Positions 51,043-64,000 of a DNA stretch of 64,000 nucleotides are shown one piece after another. Within the stretch, counting starts at the first letter, position 1, and each line of letters opens with the position of its first letter. The stretch lies in the NCBI GenBank assembly GCA_026023565.1, contig JAPETS010000005.1, positions 1 through 64,000 of the forward strand. The letters run 5' to 3'. The position numbers and the translations under genes were made by a program. Origin of the DNA: Cirrosporium novae-zelandiae (taxonomy: Eukaryota). Below the pieces are notes generated by a model. That model saw nothing but the letters and a program-made list of their open reading frames with translations. It had not been told where the DNA came from and did not search any database.

Positions 51043-51709
51043 GATTAGATAGTTGAAGGCTAGAGGGATGTGAGGATATGTGTGTTGGAGGAGGGATGGA
51101 GAATTCTTGAGTATTGATGAATTTGATGTGGTGTGGTGTGATGTGAGATGACAACCCAAAGATTATAAGTGTTTGAGGTATCTGGATTTCAAATATTAAA
51201 GACTTTAATAAATTATATTGTTGTAGTACTTTTGACATGGTCGTCCTCACATTATTAGGTATTCTTAACTACCTAGGTAGAGTACCTAAGGTACCACGGT
51301 CATGGCGTCACTCTCTACCACACTATGTATTAAATTACAGTACCACAACAGATAGGTGGATATTGTAATTACTCAGTATAATAATTACTAGAATTATTCT
51401 ATGAAAAATATGCCATCCATCTATACTATCTAATCTAATCTTGGAACGGAATACTCCGGCACATCATTATATAAAAACCACGAGTGGCACCGGTGGTCAT
51501 CAACCCCGAAACCGGTCAAGTCCGGCAAAATGACATGACTCGATTCTCCCCCCACCGCATCTTTCTTGTCGACTGTCAATCATCCAATGTCATCCAATGT
51601 CATGTCCTCTACACTGTTGGTACCTACCTAGGTGTCTCTAATACCTTGCGTGCGAACGAAAATATCTACAGTTTTTCTTCAATTCAATTAGTCCTCTTCT
51701 CCATCAATT

Positions 51710-53197
51710 ATGTCCCTAACTGATTCTTCCCCGCTTCATGTCGCCCAAGCTGCAAACGCCTCCGCTCATAGCCTTGCAATCCTTCCAGCAAAGGATCGCA
51801 ATAATGCCTTGACTGCCATTCATGACGCTTTATCCGTTGCAAAAGCCCAAATTCTAGAAGCTAATTCTCAAGACCTTGTTGTAGCTTTAAAGGCCGTCGA
51901 GGATGGGAAATTGAACCAGAGCATACTAAAGAGGTTGGATTTAGGGAAAAAGGGGAAATGGGAGGATATGTTGAAAGGGATACTGGATGTACGGGACCTT
52001 GAAGATCCCGGTAAGTAAGCCGTCGCTCTACGTTGATTTATATATATCGGAGAGAACTGATCGATTGAAACTTTGTAGTGGGTAAAATCACTCTGCGGAC
52101 CGAGTTGGACGATGACCTCGTGCTAGAACGAGTCTCTTCTCCAATTGGCACCTTGCTAGTTATTTTCGAGGCTCGTCCAGAAGTAATAGCCAACATTGCA
52201 TCTTTAGCCATCAAGTCGGGAAATTCTGCCATCCTGAAAGGTATTGTGATACAAACAAGCGTCAATTGAACCCATCTGACATGTCCCAGGCGGCAAAGAA
52301 TCCACCGAATCCTTCAAAGCAATCGCAACCGTAATCTCCTCCGCTCTCACCAGTACCACCGTTCCCCAAGAGTCCATCCAGCTGGTTATAACCCGAGACG
52401 TTATTGCGGAACTCCTAGCTCTCGACACCTTAATCGACCTAGTCATCCCGCGAGGGTCCAATCAACTCGTCCGATACATCAAAGATAACACCAAGATCCC
52501 AGTCCTAGGCCATGCAGACGGCCTCTGCGCAACATACATACATTACGACGCCGACCCAACCATGGCCACCAAAGTTGTTGTTGACGCAAAGACATTCTAC
52601 CCAGCCGCCTGCAATGCCACTGAAACCCTTCTCGTGCATGAGCAAGCTCTCACAACCATTCTCCCCCAAGTCGCCTCCGCCCTCCTCGAAAAAGGCGTCT
52701 CCCTCCGCTGCGACGCATCATCTAAAGCCGCCCTCACATACTCCCTCCCCACAGCTTCTGCCTCCATCCTCCAAGACGCCACCGACCAAGACTACAAGAC
52801 CGAATTTCTGGACCTAATTCTCGCTATCAAAACAATCCCCTCTACAGCTTCCCCAGCCGATGCCATTCGCACTGCTATAACGCACATAAACATGCACTCT
52901 TCGCATCATACTGAAGCCATCCTCACATCCTCAAAGGAAATGGCAGATATTTTCCTGGCGGGTATCGACAGCGCCGGCGTCTACTGGAATACGAGCACCA
53001 GGATGGCAGACGGGATGAGATATGGATTCGGGACCGAGGTCGGGATCAGTACGAATAAGATCCATGCACGTGGACCGGTAGGCTTGGAAGGGTTGACAAT
53101 TTATAAGTATTTGATTAGGGGGACAGGACAGGTTAGTGGGGAATATTTTGAGGGGGAGGGCGGTAAGCAATGGAAGCATAAGAGGTTGGCGATTTAA
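51710..53197 (+). CDS. PRO2: Gamma-glutamyl phosphate reductase (3 exons)
   Basis: [89 protein letters not shown]. Introns 52011-52078 and 52241-52289. Confidence 0.96.
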
Positions 53198-53658
53198 GGG
53201 CGCACGGTGGGTTTAAGGGAATTTGTTTTAGGCCATGTGGGTCATATTTGTCAGGTTATAACAAAAGGCCGGGGTGATCATGTTGTGCATGCATCATTTC
53301 AATACCCAGCTCTCACAAAACTACACATCAAAAGAAAAAAGCATGAGCTACGAATGGAGTTGTCCAGGAAATATGATGGGATTCAAACCAATCACATAGC
53401 CAAGAGAGAAAAAAAGTCCGTTCATTTTTCATTGTTCCTATTCTCGCACCCATTGGCATACACACCCTTTGAAATCTCCATGGCGTATGCGTGTAGTATA
53501 GAGCAAGCGCAAAGAGAACCTTCCCCGATAGCCCTAGCCCCGGCCCTAGCACCGGGTTCTCCATCCCATCGCTCGTGATTTGTTTTATTCGCGTATCAAG
53601 TCTAACGACGAGCTTCCCCGCAACAACCAACACCTTGTATTCAGGGCAAGCCAGTAGC

Positions 53659-54553
53659 TTAGACCTTGAAACCACGCGACCGCCTCCTTCCACGGGCACG
53701 CTCGAACTTTCGGCCTTTGGACTCGACGTATGGTTTCTATTGGGCGGGTGTGGTTAGAATATAATCGGAAAGATAAGGATTAGCCGAGAAAGGATTTCTC
53801 TTCTTGGCCTTTGCGGAAAGCTCACCTTCCCCGAGTGTGGTCCAAATCCAAAGTGCTTAACAGCCTCTCTCGCGTTCTTGGGTCCCCTCAATAGTAGGGT
53901 GTTGGCGCCCGTAGGAGCCTTCTGTGCCAACTGGTCCAATGTCAAGCACTCACCCCCAGCCTTTTCGATCCTCGCACGAGCAGTAGCAGTAAATCGGAGA
54001 GCCGCAACAGAGAGTTTAGGAAGGATGAGAAGGCGGTTGTCATCAGTGACAGTGCCGACAACAACGACTGTCTTGCCTTTGTGGGCCTCACCGGCTTGGT
54101 GGGAGGCTGCCGTAGCGACAATACGGGAGATGCTCATGGGAGGGCGGTTGATGCGAGACATAAAGAGGCGGCGGAGGATAACTTTGTTAAAGTCGGATTC
54201 AGTGCGGCCTGTATAATAGTTCCATCATTAGTTTCCCTTCTGTCCTTTCTACTCTGGTGGTTTGGAAGATCGCTTGGATATAGTTTGTGTTCCAGGTTCG
54301 GTAGATTCAAAAACTGGGATTTCACGTACGAGCAAGGAAGCGGTAGAGCTTCACCAAGAGCTTGAGATAGACATTGTCGCTTTTGGGAGCTTTTCTGTGT
54401 GTGCTTCGCACGTGGTGACGATCAAGATCGATACCTATATTTCAACAATTAGCAAATTCGTTTGTTCCACTCTCTTGGCGCCATGAAGCATGCGTTAAGA
54501 GCATCTTCACAATGAGCGCATCAAAAACAGATATGAATCAGCAGCTCACCCAT
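53659..54553 (-). CDS. RPL18: 60S ribosomal protein L18 (eL18), 4 exons
   Basis: [57 protein letters not shown], ..[15 protein letters not shown]. Confidence 0.97.
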
Positions 54554-55267
54554 TGTGAAAGATGATATCGAGGGTCGTCGGGGTCGTCGATTGTCGGTAT
54601 GGTCGCTGTGAACTTGGTCGAAGTTCCAATGTTAAGAGGCAACTTTTTCGAATAGATTGTGGGCGCCAAGCGAACCACTAAGATTTAGTCTTAGCTAGGG
54701 TTAAACCGACTATTCCGCATTTAGACAGACATGACTTTTCATTCCAAGACACTTCCCTCTACAAATTCATCATTCATTCTAGTCTAATACTTTATCAATA
54801 ATTTCTATAATAGAGAGTATTCGAATCCTATATATCTCCCTCCTGTTGAAATAATGCACTTTCAGCTCAACCAGATTGTCGAATAAATTTCAATGCCAAC
54901 TACTTAAACAGTAAATGTCTATGCATATCTCGCTTCTTGCTAAGAATACTGCTTTTTCAATGTTGAATAAAGCCAGGTTTATCATTGCCTTGGGGCTCTT
55001 TTTGAGTGTTACCCATCCTTGATGCATTAGCCAACACGAGCCACTTTATCATACACCGAAAACCTCTTGCCAACCACCCATTTAGTACTCTATCCAACTC
55101 CGAACCCAATCTACCCCATTGGTACATGGTATACCCACGGATGTAAAAGATAAATGTAGTTGCAGTATAGGATAACTTTCCATCTCACGCCAAAGCTCTT
55201 AACTAGTTATAATCAAGGCTATCGGTCTTCTGCTACCCAACTCTCCGGATTCATAGGAATAATTAGC

Positions 55268-56466
55268 CTATACTTCTTTCCCCATATTCACCAAGAAGTC
55301 GCGGGTGACCTCAAAACTTAGCCAACTACTAGCCATGCTAGGAGCAACCTTGAGGAGATTCGGCACAAGTCCCTTGTACATCCCCCTGAGGCCTTCCTGG
55401 GTTATGATGCATTTTACCGCATCCCAGATTCCTTTATATTGGTAGCCCATCCCATTCATGGTGTTAATCTGAAATCTTCTCCGCAATACATCACTAGATC
55501 AAAGTTAGCTAAAACTTTCAATAAAGTTCCTCCTAAAGATATACGTACAATGGATATGTAAAGCTTTGCGCAACAGCTCCGGATACTGCCCCTGCAATCA
55601 ATTTCCGGACCGCGTTTGGGTTCTGGTCTCCTTCTGGAGTCAGGTATGTGCGAACGGATTCGTATATCATAAAGTTTAGACCAACCTAGGGGAAATATCA
55701 GAACACCGGTATAATGAATCTAGTAAGAGACCTACATATGGCGCTACTCCAGCCACAGTTGGTATAATTCCACGGTAGAGTGCAAGGAAGCCTCCTTCAT
55801 GTTTGTACATGTGAATCATTGTCCCCCACATACCAGGAAGCCTTTTATTAGCATGCTCTCCCAAAGCAGCAAAAGAAGCAGACTGTATTGATAATCGTGT
55901 CCGGACGATATCGAGCGGATATGTAAAAGTGACAGAGGTGATTCCGGCAACGCCACCGCATACGAGACGCCGAAGTGGTGATAATTCCCCTCCAGGATAA
56001 GGTTCGGCGAACTAGAAAGATCAGAACCTATTCACCTTCCAAGAGTTGCTACACACACCTTCTTATAGAAATTATAGCTCCCGAATTGAACAGCTGAATA
56101 TGGTATAATTCTGATGCAATTGGTTCCATTACCCCGCATAAAGCCTCTCCAGCCCTCTTCTCGCCACATTTTCCTTAGAGCTTTTGAAACAGAGAGCTTA
56201 TATTCCTCTCTCCCAGCACTTTGTATCTGGTACAAGATCTTTAATCGCTCCAGGGGCGAAACAACAGTGCGAGAAACGGCGCCAGCAATACCGCCACCAA
56301 TGAAGGCTGCAGTAACGGGTTGAGAAACATTTTTTCGAAACGAGATAACGAATGCATTGCTGGAAATTTCCGGAGTGGCCATTGGGGACCTTGCAAGCTT
56401 CTGCAGGGAGTTATTGGGCTCTGCTCCGATCTCTTCGTTCCCGGGTGGTTTTCGACCCAAACTCAT
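55268..56466 (-). CDS. Mitochondrial carrier protein (SLC25A42/YPR011C-like), 4 exons
   Basis: Three PX[DE]XX[KR] repeats (SPLERLK, YPLDIVR, YP.DVLRRR), GFMRGNGTNCIRIIPYSAVQF, GMYKGLVPNLLKVAP. Confidence 0.92.
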
Positions 56467-57632
56467 TGCCGGTTGTTGTATTCTTAATTCAAATGAAAGG
56501 GTTGCATGGAGAGGAAAGTGCTGGAGGGCGGTCGCAGGCTATCTCAGCTGATACGTTGATATATCTCCGGACGAGTGAGGGGCGAAGAAGAAACGGTCAG
56601 ATAGGAAATCCTGAGCGAAGAGCCGCGTAATAGTCGTGACCATGAGGATGAATCAAAAATTTGACTGAGTGAAGTTAAAGGGTCATTAATGATATTTATT
56701 TCTTGTCGAGAATGAATGTCCATGTGCTTTGGGAGTTGTCGTGTGACAAAATAGGTGTCTTAGGTAGGTAGGTAGGATTGTGTCCTTGGACCTGCGTTCC
56801 GGGGGGAAGCTTTGGAGATGGGGATTTTGAATTTCAAACTGACGGGCACCCCACCCCTTAATTTGGCGCTTATCGTGGTGCCGGTGCGCTGGAATTGATT
56901 TTTTTAGTTATTGGATAAATGGAGAAGGACAGACAGAAGTTAGGAAATAGAAAGAAAGTTAGATATTATTGAGAGGGGGGGAGGATTTGTTGTAGAGGTA
57001 GTTTGCTTTTCGGATCAAAGGATCAGCAAAATCAGCCTCATATATATATTTTTTGAGTGAGGAGTTGATGGGTGACGATAGAAAGCTACGGGGAATGAGA
57101 GCGGCAAAAAGAGGAGGCAAAGGCGAAGGGCAAAAGTGAAGGAAGCTACTGAAGGCAAGGACTTTGGGGGACTTTTGGGGGCTTTTTTTGGGGGGGGGGG
57201 GAGGGGGGGTTAGGATTTAAGATAGGGTGGATTGATGGATGACTGACTGGTCACTGGTTAAGGAACCGATTAAGCTAATTACCCAAATTAAGGCATCAAA
57301 GGCTTCAAGGCTTCAAGGCTTCAAAGTAAAGTACTTCACTATCACGTGATTATGAATTATGTAGTACTTGTGGTAATTAGTGAATGCCAATCGTCCCTAA
57401 CCTAATCTCGGTTAGGCAGGTTGGATCAAGGAGAAACAACAATCCGCATTCATTCATTCATCCTTTTCGACATCTTCCATCTTCTTTCCATTCCTATTAA
57501 TTAGGTACTTTGCGTCAACCCATCTTTTCAACTTTCTTCATCCGCATCTCCGCACATTTGATATCCTTCACTACTTTTTCAAATTCATTAAGGCAAAAAA
57601 CACACAACAAAAAACCTTCACTGTAGAATAGC

Positions 57633-58886
57633 ATGTCTCGTCCAGGCACCACTCTCTACGTGACAGGTTTCGGCCATGGTACTCGCGCTCGCGACTTAGC
57701 CTACGAATTCGAACGGTACGTCCTGCACGATCGATGATTCGGGTCATGTCCTTATCCCCTCGAGTCGCCCTCTCTTCCTCTCGCATATTCGCATCTTCCC
57801 GCGACATGTAAATAGCGATCCTCCAAATCTGCCTTCCTGTTCATCTCGATCGAAGCCGCATCCTTAACCCTCCATGTTCCCCCTCCCCTCCCCCCCCCAA
57901 ACTTCTAACGTATTCCACTTGGAAGCGAACCAACACAATTGTTGGGTGAACCAGCAGATAGGTAGTCGTGGTGGAAGGACTTCCGAGAAAGTGATCTTAC
58001 TACACCAGTGGCTCGCTGCTAGGTTTCAATTCGCTTCCAAGTGAATACCTAAAGAGATGCGAATTAATTAGCCGGCGATCCTTAACCTGAACGAGCCATT
58101 TTTTCAACCCTTTCTTCTCGTTTCCTTCGCTCTGTTCATCCTGCGTCCAAATATCGTCGCTTCGGTCGAATCTAACGTGTCTTACCTCGAAGGTATGGTC
58201 GCTTGGTCCGGTGCGATATCCCAGCACCTCGAACTGCCTCAAGTCGCTTGTAAGTTATACCTATCTTAACATTCTCCAGGGTTTACTAATATGTTATTTA
58301 GGTTTGCGTTTGTAGAATATGAGAGCCGTCGTGATGCTGATGATGCATATCATGAGATGCATAAAAAGCGTATTGGTCGGGATGATGTGCTAATGATTGA
58401 GGTAATTGAACATGATTCATTTTCTCTTGACATCTATATAAGCTAATGATTCAAGTGGGCTCGTACTCCTCCTTCTGCCTCTTGGCGCTTTGACTCTGGT
58501 CGTGATCGTGATCGTCGTCCTCGTCGTGATGCATCTCCTCGCCGAGGACGGTCTCCCACTCCTCCTCGTCGTGCACGTGGGGAATACTCTCCTAGAGACA
58601 AGAGTGATCGTCGTTACCGTGATGATGATCGACGTGATCGTGATCGAGACCGCTCACGCAGTCCCGATGACCGTGATCGTGAGATGAAAGATCGGGATGA
58701 TGTCCGTGACAGGCGTGAAGATGATCGTGAGAACACTGCAAATGGTGATGACCGAAAAGGTAAGTAATCCTATTATGGTTAGTAAAGACAAACAGAGTCC
58801 TGAGATTTCTAACAGAAGATGAAACCACCACAGCTCCCATGGAGTCGCCTGTTCCTGCTCACGATGAGCTTGACACTGCTGAGTGA
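57633..58886 (+). CDS. SRP1: SR-family splicing factor (RRM plus RS/RD-rich tail), Srp1-like, 5 exons; not in the ORF track
   Basis: MSRPGTTLYVTGFGHGTRARDLAYEFER|YGRLVRCDIPAPRTASSRL|FAFVEYESRRDADDAYHEMH..IE|WARTPPSASWRF..RSRSP..|PMESP..ELDTAE*. Confidence 0.88.
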
Positions 58887-60431
58887 AGGATCCAGTGATC
58901 AATTCGCAATGCAAAGTAACTAGATGGTTTAGTTCAAAACTGGCTAAGCAGTGATGTGAACTGGAAATTGGTTAAGTAGGTGAAGGGTTTTTTTTAGGCA
59001 TGTTTCCATAAGAAGCTCAACTGCATCGGTAATAAAAAGTGGTTCTTTGTCCTGGATCCTTTTTTTCTAAGGTACCCTGGTGGGGTCTATATCTCTGTTA
59101 CTCGGTTGATTCACATTAAATTCAGGTAATCAAGCAATCATCTCCAAATGCAAGCGAACCTTAATGTCTGTGACTACCCAGATGTGTATGCTCGGGGATT
59201 CCTAATAATTGTTGTTTTGAGTACATAAATATGCTAGATTTTAGAAAATGCCCAGGAAGTTCAGCCTATAAGAAAATCATTTCTCTCCACATGAAGACAT
59301 CGCCCCCATTTTGAGCGATCTCTATAGTCCTACCGAAGCTGCATATAAGATCCTCTCGGAATGCCATTATCGATTTCAACGTGATTGTTTTTCTAGCCCT
59401 TGTTTGGCAGCAAATACTCTTAATAGTCTGGAACACTACGGTCATATTCGTCTAAACAACCTAAATGATCACTTTTGACGAAGAAATAAAAGTTTAGAAA
59501 AAGCCTTTAGCTTGATCCTTCTCACCTGCAACTTCTCTCCTCTAGACTGCAAAGAGGCGGTGGAAGTCTGATAGAGCCAAGTGCAGAACTTTTTAGATCA
59601 ATTGATTATCATTTCGAAGCCAATTTTCATAACGCGTACGCCTTTACAGCAGAACGCATAACAATACCAAAGTCACAATCAGTAAATCATTAGAATATAT
59701 CACCGTCCTCCCCCAATACTCTCTCTCAGCCACCCTAGCAACTCTATCGGGTCGGACAAGGCTGGTGGGATTAAGCTGCATGATATGCAATTAAGAGAAA
59801 GATGGTTCAATTGAGTGTGAGGTATACATAGTAATCAATTTATCTGGATCGGATAATGGCTAGAGGTGACTGGTGGACGCGTGTCAAATCTTTCAAATCT
59901 TTCAGATCGTCTCACGCTACTTTAGTCGCCGAATGTTGGAGAGTAAGTGGCACAGCAAAAGAAAGCGTCGGCCACAAGACACAAAAATTGATATGTTGAT
60001 CCGACTGCTCAGGGTTTTTTTGTGGGGGATGGTCCTTCTAAGTTTCTAAACTTCGTCTGAAGGGGGTATATAACACGAAATGGATTGTGACTGGGACAAC
60101 CGGACGTCGAGAGGTGGAACACTTGTCTGGCCTTGTGAAACGCTATAATTATCACTTCTCTAAAATCCATGCCTTTCATTCTCTTTCCTTTGTTTATTAA
60201 AGTCCTTTTCATAAACCATTTTTAGATCTCTTCAGACTCTTCCGTTTACTTATCGACATTTATCTTCGAATGTTTCCTTGATTCTTTGTTCATCAGGGTG
60301 CTTGGAAACCCTTTTGGGACTCGATAAGCAACACAAATATATACATATCCACTTAATGTGAATACTCAGTGGTTGCTGCCTTTTTTTAATTCCCATCTAT
60401 TATAATAAATACCTCTGTTACGTCGTGAACC

Positions 60432-61963
60432 ATGTCTGTCCTTCAACGACCACCATCCTCAACTGTTGTTAAAATCCTGGGTGCCGTTTGCTTTTTCTAT
60501 TTTATCATTGTTAGCATTACACATACCGCCGATAACGGATTCAGCATATGGACCTCTGAAAGTAATATCAAGGGACATGTTCTTATCAACGACGTTTACA
60601 ACTCAACTCTCGGGGTATGATTCTTCTCTCATATACCATGATAAATTCAGAAGCAAAATACTACAGTTTGGCCCTCGCTTGTGAGGGCTACATCATAATC
60701 ATTCCCATCTCTCTGCTTCCTATATGATTTAGAATAGATCCATGCTTGTCTCCATCCAAATTTTCCTGTCCCTTCCTAACTGACCAAATTTCCAGTTCCA
60801 AAAGATATTCGTTATTAGTCTTCCCGAAAGGACTGATCACCGCGATGCAATAATCCTTGCAGCTGCCGCTAGCGGTATTGAGATTGAATTTGTCGATGGG
60901 GTTATGGGCGCCTCCGTACTAGAGAAAGTGATTCCACCACCAGCATCACCCCAGAGGACTGCTCTAGGAAATATCGGCAGTTGGAGAGCCCACATGAATG
61001 CCATCGCCGAGTTAGTCTCCCCCGAAAAAAACGAAACCAACATATCCTAACTCCCATTTCTACAGAATAATCAAACAAAACCTCACCACAGCTCTAATCC
61101 TCGAAGACGACGCCGACTGGGACATCCGCCTCCGCACTCAACTCCACTCCTTTGCTCTCGCCGCCCATGCTCTAACACAACCCCTCGCCAGTAGTAACCC
61201 ACACAACCCCACATATGCCGATCCGACCTTTCCCACGCCTCCGGATTCATCCACCACCATCCCCAACCCTTTAACTATCAACTCTCTCCCCCAAACTCAT
61301 GCCCCCACCCGTTCCCCCTACGGTGACAACTGGGATCTCCTCTGGCTCGGCCACTGCGGCGCTGCATTCCCAAATCCCCACGTCCCTCCTACCTACGGCT
61401 TCTCAACATATCAACCCCGTGGTCGTGTCCTCCACCAAAATGACCCCACCGTCCCCGAATGGCTACACTGTAAATTCCTCTCCGCTGATGACCCGCCTAA
61501 CGCCACTTATACCCCGCATACTCGTGTCACCCACCACGTGATGGGAAATATCTGCTCCCTCGCATACGCCACAACTCAAGAATCCGCCCGCCGTCTCCTC
61601 TACACAATGACCACCGCCTTCACAGCCCCCTTCGATATCATGCTCCGCGAGTACTGCGAAGGTCCCCATAGCCTCAGTCCAAAAAATCACCTCGAACTCC
61701 GCACCTGTCTAACCATGCAGCCTCAGCTGTTTAATCATCATCGCAAGGCAGGGAAAATGAGTTTTGAGAGTGATATTTCTAATCACGGGGATGGTGTTAG
61801 GGAGGTTGCGTCGACAGGGATGGTTAGGTGGAGTGTTCGGATTAACCTAGAGAGGATTTTTGGGTTGGTTGGGTTGGGGGTGGGTGAGAATAAGGCGGGG
61901 GAGGGGTGGGTGGATCAGTGGCCTGATGGGGAGGCGGGGAGGACGATGGAGGGGTTTGATTGA
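60432..61963 (+). CDS. Glycosyltransferase family 25, type II membrane (3 exons)
   Basis: TM anchor, NSTLG|FQKIFVISLPERTDHRD, GSWRAHMNAI, ALILEDDADWDIRL, SPYGDNWDLLWLGHCG. Introns 60615-60795 and 61011-61065. Confidence 0.88.
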
Positions 61964-62850
61964 TTGGGCGGGTGAGTGATGATGGGTTGGTTTGTAAGAT
62001 AAGGATTATAAAAAGATAAAAAAGAACGAAGGTTTTAAAAAAGCCTACAAGAATAATAAAAAGGAAAATTTGTTTGAATTATTTCCATTTGAAGGAAACC
62101 GTTGAATTTACCGGCCATAAATATAAAAATATGACGCTCAATTTTAGGTCTTTAATCATCTCTAATCATCTCTACTTCTTCCCTCGACCCACAGACATGC
62201 TCTAGATCCTTCTCCCCCAGCCGTCTCCCTGTCGCCTGAGTCCCACGAACATATCTTCAGCTCTCTAGTGTAGCTTCGGGATATCCCATTTTTGGGGCCA
62301 CTGCCTTGTTAGCCAGTCCATTACGACTCGATATTTTGAAGGGGCGGGTTAAGAATTTTCCACTTTCCTTTTTTTTCCAAATGCAGAGGAGTGAGGAAAT
62401 GGAATGTTGATGGGATGATGTCTTCGACTATGCCCTTAAGATTTCCGATATAAAAATTATACGTAATTATAAGTAACAAGATGACCGGTGGTGCTGTTGT
62501 GCCCCTGAATTTACGAAAATCTGATACAGATGACTACAACTACCAGGAACGAAAGAATTTACGTCACATTTCACTCATCCACCGTGACCACTTAGGTGGC
62601 AGCTGGATATTGATCCCAACGGGAATGTACTTGGATATTGTAACTACCTTTACAGTAACTGTCAATTCCCTTCTTTACAACCCAATAAAACCTTCTCTTG
62701 TTTTCAACAGAACTGTCCAACATTTAGCAGTGTAATTCGTTGGTTGTGGTTTTCGCATACCAATCACCACTGTCTTTTTCTTAAAGCAACTCATGCGAAC
62801 CTTCCAAATTGGCCCGATCTAGCTTCCTGCTCCGGGTCTGCCGGACGGGA

Positions 62851-64000
62851 ATGGCTGCTATTGACGGCAAAACATCTTTCCTGGGCTCTCTATCACCATG
62901 GAGTGGCCCAAGGAGCACTACCCCAAAATCCAGTGGTGGCCCTTTAGCCAATGAACCAGAGAAGATAGAGGAGCCCCCCGCTCAACCTCAAGGGGGCGAC
63001 CATACTGTTCCCCATAGGCACCGCCTAAGCTTGAGAAAATATCCAAGAGATGTACCACATTTGAAGGTCCGATGGTTCTATGCTGTTGATGTAAGTAGTC
63101 CCGTGCTCCCTCGATATATTTACCTATAATCAATGCCCGTAAGGCTAGGTTCTATGGAGATGAGTCCTTTTGAAAAGTCTATATGCCGTTGCTAATACAA
63201 ATCAAATGTAGGTGCCCAAACGCAAACCTTTTGCGCAACCGTCTAAGGATGTTAAACCCCCACCCCCCAAAAAATTCGTTGCATTTTCGCCAATCGATTC
63301 ATACTCCATCGAAGCTGCGTTTCAGAAATTGGCAGAGCAGGAGGATGCCGATCAAGCAATGGCTATATTAGGGCAGAAAGATGAAACAAAGACAAATGAG
63401 CATAACTCCGACGTTGAATCGAAACGTCCGATCAAAGTGCCTGTTAACGAGGATTATTTGTTTGACGTAAATATTGAAGAACGAGAGCTGGAGCCTGCTT
63501 ATTGGCTGGGACCTGTCTACGATGTAAGAAGGGGCACTTGGTTTTTCCAGGATGGTTCAGCGCTCAAACCCTGCGAGGAGAATCTTGCGACCCAACTAGA
63601 GGAGGGATACTTGAAAACCAAACCATGGCGATTTCCGGGACAGCAATTGCGACAACCACCGTCACAGACCAGGACCAGATCATCTTCAGGGCCTGAGCTT
63701 ACATCATTTGATCGACAACGTGAAAATGAGTCTCAATCTTCAAAGGCCTCTGCAGAAAAGCTTAACCCTCACGAGACGAAGGAGAAAGACGACAAGTTTG
63801 GAGCCGCTGTAGATAGTGCCAATACTCCAATCCGTCAAACTCCTCATCGTCTTTTTGGAACTTATATGAACTCAAGTGTCACGTACCAAGATGCAACTAC
63901 TGCATGGCTTCTTTCCGATGATTTCATGTCGCGGATGAGCAGTACAGTTTATCAGCGATTTGGGGCTGTTGGGGGCACCAAGTTAGTACGGGGATTCGAG
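62851..64000 (+). CDS. DDHD-domain / PA-PLA1-type phospholipase (Ddl1-like), 5' part only, runs off the window
   Basis: RWFYAVD|VPKRKP, VPVNEDYLFDVNIEERELEPAYWLGPVYDVRRGTWF, PCEENLATQLEEGY, GGTKLVRGF. Intron 63091-63211. Confidence 0.8.

Overview
Genomic DNA of a filamentous ascomycete (Pezizomycotina-type GT-AG introns with CTAAC/CTGAC branch points, strong RIP signature). Bases 1-~2700 are an AT-rich, RIP-decayed repeat block containing two 3' ends of a LINE retrotransposon. The rest has about 17 apparently intact genes: Zn-MDR dehydrogenase, NASP/Sim3 histone chaperone, DPB2, PRP6, DIM1, GYP1, HRP1, an orphan, a PTH11-like membrane protein, a GH3 beta-glucosidase, an A-T-R NRPS-like reductase, an unknown membrane protein, CSN3, PRO2, RPL18, a mitochondrial carrier, SRP1, a GT25 and a partial DDHD phospholipase. 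Between them lie dead accessory genes that the ORF track does not show whole: HET-domain, FAD monooxygenase, VOC/glyoxalase and a possible NACHT relic. I found no unmistakable new system. The best leads are splice-level regulation in three RNA-processing genes (duplicated 3' splice module in SRP1, a 1.3-kb intron and a stop-free in-frame intron in HRP1, a stop-free in-frame intron in PRP6), an in-frame GC-AG intron splitting the GH3 K-H motif, and a possible UUG-initiated mitochondrial presequence. All exon structures were inferred by eye; no database searches were run.
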